From: Candidatus Acetothermia bacterium | GTDB lineage: Bacteria > Bipolaricaulota > Bipolaricaulia > RBG-16-55-9 > JANLFV01 | Assembly (NCBI GenBank): GCA_024653345.1 | Contig: JANLFV010000007.1 | Span: forward strand, 4,605-68,604 | Direction: 5' to 3' | DNA length: 64,000 nt | Shown here: positions 57,180-64,000 of the stretch, one piece after another | How positions within the stretch are numbered: position 1 is the stretch's first letter | Layout of the letters: every line of letters begins with the position of its first letter | Made by a program: the position numbers and the translations under genes | The notes under the pieces: generated by a model | The model's input: only the letters and a program-made list of their open reading frames with translations | Told to the model about the DNA's origin: nothing | Database searches by the model: none

Positions 57180-58420
57180 GAGTCGTCATCGCCGGGAACG
57201 GGGTCGCGGGGGTCACCGCCGCTCGAGCGATCCGCGAGGGCCGGCCTGAGGATGAGGTCCAGATCGAGGTCTACACCGCCGAGGAATGGCATTACTACCC
57301 TAAGCCGCAGCTGATCGAGCTCTTGGCCGGCCGGATCAAGCCGGAGCAGGCCCTCCTCTACGATGAGCGGTGGTATCGCGAGCGGGGGATCGCGGTCCAC
57401 CTGGGAAGCCCGGTGGAGGAGATCGAGCCGGCCCGAGGGGAGATTAAGCTCATCTCCGGAAAGAGGGTTGGCTATGATCGGCTCCTCCTCGCCACCGGGG
57501 CGAGGGCGGCCCTCCCCGAAGTCCCGGGGATCGACCAGGAGGGGGTCTTCACCCTCCGGACACTCGCCGATGCCCTGAGGCTGAGGGAGCGCGCCGAGGC
57601 GGGAAAGAGCAAGAACAAGAGGATGATAGTCCTCGGCGGGGGCCTCCTGGGCCTGGAGGCCGCCTCTGCCCTCGCCTCCTCCACCGGGCTCCGGGCGTTA
57701 GTCCTGGAGAAGCGGGGGTGGCCCCTCTCCCGGCAGCTCGACCGCCAAGGGGGCGAGCTCTTGATGAAGCTCCTCCGAGAGAAGGGGGTGGAGGTGATCA
57801 CCGAGGCCGAGTGCGCTGCGATCTTGGAGGGGACCCGCGGGGTCGAGCTGGAGCTGGCCGATGGAAGGCGCATCGCTGGGGATTTCGTCCTGGTCGCGGC
57901 CGGGATCGAGCCGAACTGTGCCCCGGCCCGGGCGGCGGGGCTCGAAGTGAACCGCGGGATCATCGTCGACGAGCGGCTCCGAACGAGCCAGCCGGAGATT
58001 TACACCGCTGGGGATGCTGCGGAATTCCAGGGGAAGGTCTACGGGATCATCCCCGCGGCAGTGGAACAGGCAAGAGTCGCGGCGTTGAACATCGTCGGGG
58101 AGGAGGTCACTTATCGGGGCACGGTTCCATCCAACATCCTCAAGGTGAGCGGGCTCGAGCTCTTCTCCGCCGGGGAGGTCAATCCCCAAGGTGAGGGATA
58201 TAAAGAGCTCCGACTGGTCGATGAGGCCCACGGGCTCTACAAGAACCTGGTCTTCAAGGAGGGCCGGCTCGTGGGGGCGATCCTCCTCGGGACGAAGAAG
58301 AATGCCGCCCAATTCGCGCGGCTGATCGCCACCGGCCAGGACCTGTCGGGATACAAGGAGGAGCTGCTCGCCGAGGACTTCGACTTCAAGGGCCTTCCCA
58401 GCCAGGCCGGTCGGCCTTGA
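57176..58420 (+). CDS. FAD/NAD(P)-dependent oxidoreductase (rubredoxin reductase-like)
   Basis: 414 aa with [26 protein letters not shown] and [13 protein letters not shown] overlap joins it to the rubredoxin stop. Confidence 0.75.
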   Translation: MRVVIAGNGVAGVTAARAIREGRPEDEVQIEVYTAEEWHYYPKPQLIELLAGRIKPEQALLYDERWYRERGIAVHLGSPVEEIEPARGEIKLISGKRVGYDRLLLATGARAALPEVPGIDQEGVFTLRTLADALRLRERAEAGKSKNKRMIVLGGGLLGLEAASALASSTGLRALVLEKRGWPLSRQLDRQGGELLMKLLREKGVEVITEAECAAILEGTRGVELELADGRRIAGDFVLVAAGIEPNCAPARAAGLEVNRGIIVDERLRTSQPEIYTAGDAAEFQGKVYGIIPAAVEQARVAALNIVGEEVTYRGTVPSNILKVSGLELFSAGEVNPQGEGYKELRLVDEAHGLYKNLVFKEGRLVGAILLGTKKNAAQFARLIATGQDLSGYKEELLAEDFDFKGLPSQAGRP

Positions 58421-58446
58421 CCGGCGGGCCGGGGCGGGCATATAAT
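58417..58446 (+). promoter_or_regulatory. promoter TTGACC-N18-TATAAT
   Basis: ttgacc ggcgggccggggcgggca tataat, upstream of 58488. Confidence 0.5.
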
Positions 58447-58487
58447 CCGGACGCGGAGCTTCGCCACTCCGGGAGGAGATCAGTCAG

Positions 58488-58733
58488 ATGGAAGAGATCG
58501 GGAGGGTGACCCATTACTTCTCCAAGATCGGCGTGGGGGCGATCACGCTCTCCGGGGAGCTCAAGCTCGGGGACAAGATCAGGATCAAGGGCGCGACCAC
58601 CGATTTCGAGCAGCTCGTGGAGTCGATGCAGATCGAGGGGCAGCCGGTCGAGCGGGCCGGGGCCGGCGACTCGATCGGGCTCAAGCTGAAGGACCGGGCC
58701 AGAGAGGGGGATGCGGTATACAAGCTGGAGTGA
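58488..58733 (+). CDS. EF-Tu domain-2-like small beta-barrel protein
   Basis: 81 aa with IGRVTHYFSKIGVGAITLSGELKLGDKIRIKG.TTDFEQ.VESMQIEGQPVE.AGAGDSIGLK. This matches the translation-elongation-factor-like small-protein pattern as I remember it. Confidence 0.55.
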   Translation: MEEIGRVTHYFSKIGVGAITLSGELKLGDKIRIKGATTDFEQLVESMQIEGQPVERAGAGDSIGLKLKDRAREGDAVYKLE

Positions 58734-58764
58734 TGGGTCGCTCGGTGCGATATCTGCCTACCCA

Positions 58765-60621
58765 TCAAGATCGCGCTAGCAGCTCCCATTCCTTGAGGGT
58801 GCTTTCTAACTCCTCCCGCTTCTGCTTGTAAGAGCTGTGGAGCTCGTTGATCCTCTGGAGGTCCTGGGCGTAGCTCGCCTCGACCAGGGCCTGTTCCAGT
58901 CGGGCGAGCTCCCCTTCTAAGGCCGCCGCGCGCTCCAGAAGCGCGGCCTCGTGATCGTCCCTCCCCGCCTCTGCCTTCACCCGAACTGGCCGCTCCTTCC
59001 TGCGCGCTGGCTGCTGTGGCTCCGCCCCGGCTGCCTCTTCCGCTCGCTTGCGGCGATAATAGTCGTAATCGCCCTCGTAGACCCGCAGCTCGCCGGCGCG
59101 GACCTCCCAGACTTGGGTGGCCAGTCGATCCACCAGATAGCGGTCGTGCGAGACGAACAGGACCGTCCCCTCAAACTCCTCCAGTGCCTCCTGCAAGACC
59201 TCTTGCGAGCTGATGTCCAGATGGTTGGTCGGCTCGTCCAAGAGCAGGAGGTTCCCCCGGGTGTGGGCCAGCCGGGCGAGTGCGAGCCGGCTCAGCTCCC
59301 CGCCGGAGAGCTCATCCAGCCGCTTGAAGACCTCCTCCCCGGAGAAGAGGAACCGCCCGAGGAAGGCCCGGGCCTCCCCGACCGTCTGGGATCGCCCGTC
59401 GAGGATCGCCTCCAGGACGGTCTTCTCGGCGGGGAACTCCTGGACCTGGGCGAAGTAGCCCGGCTGGACTCCAAAGCCGAGCTCGACTGTCCCCGCGAGC
59501 GGCGGGAGCTCGCCTAAGATCGTGCGGAGGAGGGTTGTCTTCCCCGAGCCGTTCGGGCCGATCAAGGCGACCCTCGAGCCGCGGCGCAGGACTAGGTCGG
59601 GGCAGCGGAAGAGCGCCCTCCCGGGGTAGCCGACGACCAGGCCCTCAAATCTCAGGACCTCTTGGCCGCTCGCCCGGCCGAGCTCAAAACTGAAGCGCAG
59701 CTTCCTCCGGCGCGGGGGGAGCTCGACCGGCTCGAGCCGGGCCAGCTTCCTCTCCCGGTCCTTCGCCTGCCTGTGCTTTTGCCCTGCGTGGACCCGGCGG
59801 ATGAACTCCTCCATCTTCGCTACCTGGGCCTGCTGGCGCTCGTGGAGCTCGAGTTGCTGCTCCTCTTGGGCCCGGCGGAGCTCGAGATACTTCGAGTAGT
59901 TCCCGCGATACTTGTAGAGCTTCCCGCCGGCCAGCTCCCAAGTCTTCTCCGCCAGGCGGTCGAGGAGGAGCCGGTCGTGGGAGACGAGGAGGTAGCTCCC
60001 TTCCCATTTGCTAAGATACTCCTCGAGCCATTCCACGGCGGCGAAGTCGAGGTGGTTGCTCGGCTCATCGAGCAGGAGGAGGTCGGGCCGCTCCAGGATC
60101 AGCTTGGCCAGGGCGGCCCGCGCCCGCTCCCCCCCGCTGAGCTGGGCGAGCGGCCTCTCCCAGTGAGCGGGCGCAAGCTCGAGGCCGGCCAGGACCTGGC
60201 GGATCTCGCTCTCGTAGCGGTAGCCCCCGGCCCGCTCGAACCCCTCCCGCAAGGAGTCGTAGCGCAAGAGGAGCTCACTGGAATCCGGGGCACAAGCTAG
60301 AGCCTCCTCTAGCCGGCGAAGTTCGGCCTCTTGCTCCTGCAGCGGCGCAAAGACCTCGAGCATCTCAGCGAAGAGCGGGCGCGCGGAGTCCAGCAGCGGC
60401 TCCTGCGGAAGGTAGCCGATGCGCACCTCTCGGGCCCGCACGATCCTCCCCGAACTTGGCTCCTCCAGGCCGGCGATGAGCTTGAGCAGCGTGGACTTCC
60501 CGCTCCCGTTGTCCCCGATGAGCGCGATTCGCTCTCCCCGCGCGATCTGGAGATCGATCTCGGCGAGAATGGTCTGAGCCCCGTAGCGTTTCCCCAAGTC
60601 CTCGGCACGGATTAGAGACAT
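58765..60621 (-). CDS. ABC-F family ATPase (Uup/EttA-like)
   Basis: 618 aa with two NBDs (GDNGSGKST / LSGGERAR / LLLDEPSNHLD and GPNGSGKTT / LSGGELSR / LLLDEPTNHLD), no TMD and a C-terminal coiled coil. Confidence 0.9.
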   Translation of the reverse strand: MSLIRAEDLGKRYGAQTILAEIDLQIARGERIALIGDNGSGKSTLLKLIAGLEEPSSGRIVRAREVRIGYLPQEPLLDSARPLFAEMLEVFAPLQEQEAELRRLEEALACAPDSSELLLRYDSLREGFERAGGYRYESEIRQVLAGLELAPAHWERPLAQLSGGERARAALAKLILERPDLLLLDEPSNHLDFAAVEWLEEYLSKWEGSYLLVSHDRLLLDRLAEKTWELAGGKLYKYRGNYSKYLELRRAQEEQQLELHERQQAQVAKMEEFIRRVHAGQKHRQAKDRERKLARLEPVELPPRRRKLRFSFELGRASGQEVLRFEGLVVGYPGRALFRCPDLVLRRGSRVALIGPNGSGKTTLLRTILGELPPLAGTVELGFGVQPGYFAQVQEFPAEKTVLEAILDGRSQTVGEARAFLGRFLFSGEEVFKRLDELSGGELSRLALARLAHTRGNLLLLDEPTNHLDISSQEVLQEALEEFEGTVLFVSHDRYLVDRLATQVWEVRAGELRVYEGDYDYYRRKRAEEAAGAEPQQPARRKERPVRVKAEAGRDDHEAALLERAAALEGELARLEQALVEASYAQDLQRINELHSSYKQKREELESTLKEWELLARS

Positions 60622-60715
60622 CGCTTCCCCTCTAGAGAAGGATCATAGCAGAGTCGGGCGGATCGGGCAAGGCACTTCTCTCGCGACGGGCGAATGGCTA
60701 TAATACCTCTCCGAG

Positions 60716-60970
60716 ATGAGGGTTCTGCTCTTCCTGTTATTCTTGTGGCTTCTGCCCGGGTTGCTCACCGACCTGGTGTTGTTGTTCTTCATCGGCAAGC
60801 AACTGGTGTTCGACCGGCGGAGTAGCGCGCTGGCCGACGATGCTAAGCTGCTGCTGGTCGGCCTGCTCATCGGTTTTCTCCTGCTCCCGCTGCTGATCGC
60901 CGCACCCCTCTCGGGATATCTAGCGCGGCCGGAGCGGGGCGGAGGTGGAGGAGATCGAGCTACGGATTAG
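60716..60970 (+). CDS. small membrane protein (hypothetical), possibly on a near-leaderless transcript
   Basis: 84 aa with two hydrophobic segments. TATAAT at 60699-60704 lies only 11 nt before the ATG and there is no SD. Confidence 0.45.
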   Translation: MRVLLFLLFLWLLPGLLTDLVLLFFIGKQLVFDRRSSALADDAKLLLVGLLIGFLLLPLLIAAPLSGYLARPERGGGGGDRATD

Positions 60971-61388
60971 GCAGCTGCGATTAGGGGATTATGAGGCGAT
61001 GATCGCCCTCTGGGAGCGGGCGGGCCTCTCTCATCGCCCCGAGGGGCGGGATTCGCGGGCGGCGATCGCCGCCCAGATGGAGCGCGATCCAGAGCTCTTC
61101 CTAGGGGCCTTCAACAGGGAGAGGCTCCTCGGCACCCTTATCGCAAGCGATGACGGCCGGAAGGGTTGGATGAATCGGCTGGCGGTCGACCCTGAGCATC
61201 GCGGGCAGGGGATCGCCAAGAGGCTGATCGCTGAGGCCGAGCGGCGCCTCCGCGGTCGGGGGAGGAGGATCATCGCCGTGCTCGTCGAGGATTGGAACAG
61301 CGCCTCCCTGGCGCTCTTCCAGAGCTGCGGCTATGCCCTCGATCGGTCGATCCTCTACTTGAGCAAGCGCGATGACCCCGCTGTCTAG
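60945..61388 (+). CDS. GNAT-family acetyltransferase
   Basis: 147 aa with LAVDPEHRGQGIAKRLIAEAERRL (acetyl-CoA-binding Q/RxxGxG/A). Confidence 0.8.
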   Translation: MEEIELRIRQLRLGDYEAMIALWERAGLSHRPEGRDSRAAIAAQMERDPELFLGAFNRERLLGTLIASDDGRKGWMNRLAVDPEHRGQGIAKRLIAEAERRLRGRGRRIIAVLVEDWNSASLALFQSCGYALDRSILYLSKRDDPAV

Positions 61389-61484
61389 GCCCCGAGCCCG
61401 AGATGATATAATGGAGAAGGCCGGGCAGCTCCTCCTAGCCACTCTTCTATCCTCTCACCACCAACGAGGGAAGTTGCCCGGCCT

Positions 61485-61814
61485 TCACTTCTCGCCGTTC
61501 ACGCGGCGATAGAGCCGGTTGAGAAAGTAGACCAGCCCCATGCCGATCGCCGTCCCCAGCATCACCCCCTCGGGCGCGCCCTTGGCCGGCTCGAAGAACT
61601 GCTGCGTGTAGCCGCAATGATCGCAGTGGAGATACTCGTTCCGGCCCTTGGTCAGCTTCAGCTCGGAGTTGCAGATGGGGCAGCTCTGCGGTTGGAGGAC
61701 CTCCGGAGGGATGTGGGAGAAACCCTTCCTCAGGAGGGTGAGCTCGACCTCCTTGGCATTCTCGTAGACCCACAGGGGGACCTTGATCGTCTTGTAGGCC
61801 TCTACGTCCCTCAT
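61485..61814 (-). CDS. zinc-ribbon protein with a C-terminal TM helix (hypothetical)
   Basis: 109 aa with CPIC...CDHCGY followed by GVMLGTAIGMGLVYFL. It sits in a lower-G+C pocket. Confidence 0.55.
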   Translation of the reverse strand: MRDVEAYKTIKVPLWVYENAKEVELTLLRKGFSHIPPEVLQPQSCPICNSELKLTKGRNEYLHCDHCGYTQQFFEPAKGAPEGVMLGTAIGMGLVYFLNRLYRRVNGEK

Positions 61815-61857
61815 CTACCCCACCTTTTCTCCTCAGTGTAAAATGCTGCCAGGTGAC

Positions 61858-61886
61858 ATTATAGTAATTTTCTACCAGGATGTCAA
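61858..61886 (-). promoter_or_regulatory. perfect consensus promoter TTGACA-N17-TATAAT
   Basis: Minus strand reads ttgaca tcctggtagaaaattac tataat, ~45 nt upstream of the ATG at 61814. Confidence 0.6.
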
Positions 61887-61920
61887 GTCCCACCGCTAGT
61901 GCTGATCCACTCAGATCTTC

Positions 61921-62631
61921 CTAGGTTGAGCCCCCGTCCCCTCGCCCCAGTCTCTCGGAGAGCCAGTCATGCCATCTCTGCAGGTGGCCGCGGAAAAGAT
62001 AGGTGAGGACTAGCAACAGGAGCGTAGCAACGCTGATGGCGATCACCACCGGCCACTCTCGCGCGGCTAGCTTGCTCCCGAAGACAAGCGAGAGGATCAG
62101 CCCCGGCAGCCTCCCGAGCATCGAGACGAGTGAGAAGACGAGGAAAGGGACGGCGGAGAGGCCGCTGATGTAGCAGAGGATGTCCTTCGGGATGCCTGGC
62201 AGCAAGAAGAGGATGAAGAGCGCCACCAGGCTCCGGCTCCGCCGGATCGCCCCGTCGAGCCTCGCCACCGTCTCGGGGCGCGCCAGAGCCTCGACGAACG
62301 GTCGCCCCAGGGCCCGTCCGAGGAAGAACGCCGCGGTCGAGCCGAGGGCGATCCCCACCAGGCTGTAGAGCAGCCCGACCCAAGGGCCATAGATGTAGCC
62401 GCCGGCGATCTGGACGACCTCGCCGGGGATGATGAAGATCACGATCTGGAGCACCTGGAGGCCGATGAAGGCGAGCGGCCCGACCGGCCCGAGCGCGGCG
62501 AGGGCCTCATCTAGCCTGGCCTCGTCCCGGAGGAGGGCCCAAAGCTCCCCTCCCCAGCGGAGCCCGAGGAAGAGGCTCAGCCCGACCAGCACAACCCACC
62601 CCGAAGCAGCGAGGAGCAACCGCTTGTTCAT
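61921..62631 (-). CDS. TVP38/TMEM64 (DedA-related, SNARE-associated) family membrane protein
   Basis: 236 aa, multi-TM, with FIIPGEVVQIAGGYIYG and LPGIPKDILCYISG. Confidence 0.75.
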   Translation of the reverse strand: MNKRLLLAASGWVVLVGLSLFLGLRWGGELWALLRDEARLDEALAALGPVGPLAFIGLQVLQIVIFIIPGEVVQIAGGYIYGPWVGLLYSLVGIALGSTAAFFLGRALGRPFVEALARPETVARLDGAIRRSRSLVALFILFLLPGIPKDILCYISGLSAVPFLVFSLVSMLGRLPGLILSLVFGSKLAAREWPVVIAISVATLLLLVLTYLFRGHLQRWHDWLSERLGRGDGGST

Positions 62632-62644
62632 CGGGGAGAGAACG

Positions 62645-63682
62645 TCAGTCGGCCTCCTCGTCCTTCCGCCGCTTCCGCATGAACGCCGGGATCTCCAGGT
62701 CCTGGGCCCGGATCTCCTCTCGGGGCACGCGGCGGGGCTTCAGCTCCTCTTCCTCAGCCTCCTCTTGTAGGCCCGTAGCGATCACGGTGATCCGGACAGC
62801 CCCGTGCAGCTCGTCCTTGATCACCACCCCGAAGGTGATGTCGGTCTCGACCCCCGTAAACTGCTTGATGAGCGCTGCCGCTTCAGTGGCCTCCCGGAGC
62901 GAGAGGTCGCTCCCCCCGGTGATATTGATGATCACTTTCGTGGAGCCGCGGATCGAGCCCTGCTCGAGAAGCGGGCTCTGGACAGCCTGCTCCAGGGCCT
63001 CTCTTGTCTTCCGCTCCCCCTTCCCCTCCCCCAGCCCGATCATCACCATCCCCGCCCCGCGCAGCACGGCGTCGACGTCCGAAAGGTTGAGGTTGATCAT
63101 CCCCGGGAGGGTGACGAGGTCGGTGATCCCCTGGACGCCGCGGCGGAGGACCTCGTCGGCCAGCTCGAAGGCCTGGGTGAGCGGCGCGCCTGCGGCCACT
63201 TCGAGGAGCTTGTCGTTGGGGATGACGATCAGGGCATCGACATTCTTCTTGAAGCTCTCCAGCCCCTTCTTCGCCCGCTCCATTCGGGCGAAGCCCTCGA
63301 AGGAGAACGGCTTGGTGACGATGGCGATCGAGAGGATCCCGGCGTTCTTGGCCATCCCGGCGATCACCGGTCCGGCGCCGGTCCCCGTCCCCCCGCCGAG
63401 CCCGGCGGTGAAGAAGACCATGTCCAGCCCCTTGAGGAGATCGGCCAGTTGCTCCCTCTTCTCCAAGGCCGCCCGCTGGGCGACCTCCGGCCGCCCGCCG
63501 GTCCCCCGCCCCCCGGTCAGCCCCTCCCCGATCTGGACGATCTGCTCAGCTTGGGAGTGGCCCAGGACTTGGGCGTCGGTATCGACGGCCACGAGGCGCA
63601 CACCGGCCAGGTTGGCGCGGGCCATCTGATTGACGGCGTTCACCCCGCCGTTCCCTACCCCGATGACCATCACCTTGACCAA
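62645..63682 (-). CDS. ftsZ: cell division protein FtsZ
   Basis: 345 aa with VIGVGNGGVNAVN and GLGGGTGTGAGPVIA (tubulin signature). The C-terminal peptide is DLEIPAFMRKR. Confidence 0.95.
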   Translation of the reverse strand: MVKVMVIGVGNGGVNAVNQMARANLAGVRLVAVDTDAQVLGHSQAEQIVQIGEGLTGGRGTGGRPEVAQRAALEKREQLADLLKGLDMVFFTAGLGGGTGTGAGPVIAGMAKNAGILSIAIVTKPFSFEGFARMERAKKGLESFKKNVDALIVIPNDKLLEVAAGAPLTQAFELADEVLRRGVQGITDLVTLPGMINLNLSDVDAVLRGAGMVMIGLGEGKGERKTREALEQAVQSPLLEQGSIRGSTKVIINITGGSDLSLREATEAAALIKQFTGVETDITFGVVIKDELHGAVRITVIATGLQEEAEEEELKPRRVPREEIRAQDLEIPAFMRKRRKDEEAD

Positions 63683-63733
63683 GCTCGCCCACCTTCTTCA
63701 GGGGGAGGACCTTCCCACACCTTACCTTGCCTA

Positions 63734-64000
63734 CTATAACCTGTCGGGCTTGGAGGCACAAACCTCCAGCCCCCGCGGGGCAAACGCGAAGGGGAAGAGC
63801 AGGACCCCCTCCTCCTGCAAGGCCGTCTCGACCTCGGCCCTCGCTCCCTCCCTCGCCAGAGCTAGCAGCGCCCCGCCCCCACCAGCCCCGCAGAGCTTCG
63901 CCCCGAGTGCCGCGCTCTCCAAGGCCTTGGCAATCAGCCTCTCTACCTGAGCTGGAGCGATCGGGAGAGCAAGCCGACGCCGCGCCTCCCACTCCGCGCA
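63734..64000 (-). CDS. GHMP-kinase-family protein, C-terminal part (gene continues beyond the window end)
   Basis: Open to the window edge. GAKLCGAGGGGALLAL is the GHMP C-terminal glycine-rich block. The specific kinase cannot be assigned. Confidence 0.55.
   Translation of the reverse strand, partial: CAEWEARRRLALPIAPAQVERLIAKALESAALGAKLCGAGGGGALLALAREGARAEVETALQEEGVLLFPFAFAPRGLEVCASKPDRL

Overview
64 kb of a high-G+C bacterial chromosome. The taxon cannot be assigned from the sequence alone. Genes show strong GGAGGTGA-type Shine-Dalgarno sites, sigma70-like TTGACA/TATAAT promoters and anaerobe-style redox functions. Most of the window is housekeeping: nadA (partial)-nadC, a phnD-C-E-E phosphonate-type ABC importer, a frameshifted ClC channel, and several peptidases (M1, M42, S41, rhomboid, SprT-like). 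It also holds a tRNA-Ser/Arg/Ser + SRP-RNA unit, TspO, plsY, pyrC-pyrE, a sigma-70 factor, an ABC-2 exporter, tRNA-Gln-gltX-glnS, mutM, tRNA-Ile/Ala, serS-rnhB and acpP-plsX-tRNA-Leu. Further genes are ruvA, trxB, an ADP-forming acetyl-CoA synthetase, rubrerythrin, a 2-oxoacid:ferredoxin oxidoreductase with rubredoxin and its reductase, an ABC-F ATPase and ftsZ. The stand-out is a ~4.2 kb lower-G+C island (20068-24295, minus strand) between plsY and pyrC. It is a tightly coupled three-gene operon encoding a DUF4338 (DruA)-like protein, a NurA-like nuclease and a HerA-like ATPase, a combination I do not know as a described system. The nuclease and ATPase genes are each interrupted by exactly one in-frame TAG. 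Other items worth a second look: two paralogous 18-codon lysine-rich micro-ORFs with strong promoters and SDs; a back-to-back promoter pair sharing one palindromic -10 box; a structured spacer element repeated after tRNA genes with compensatory changes; GC-rich palindromes inside nadC and between phnD and phnC; and a G7 frameshift in the ClC gene. I saw no CRISPR array, rRNA, integrase or transposase. All calls come from reading the sequence and ORF track and from remembered family motifs; no database search was run.
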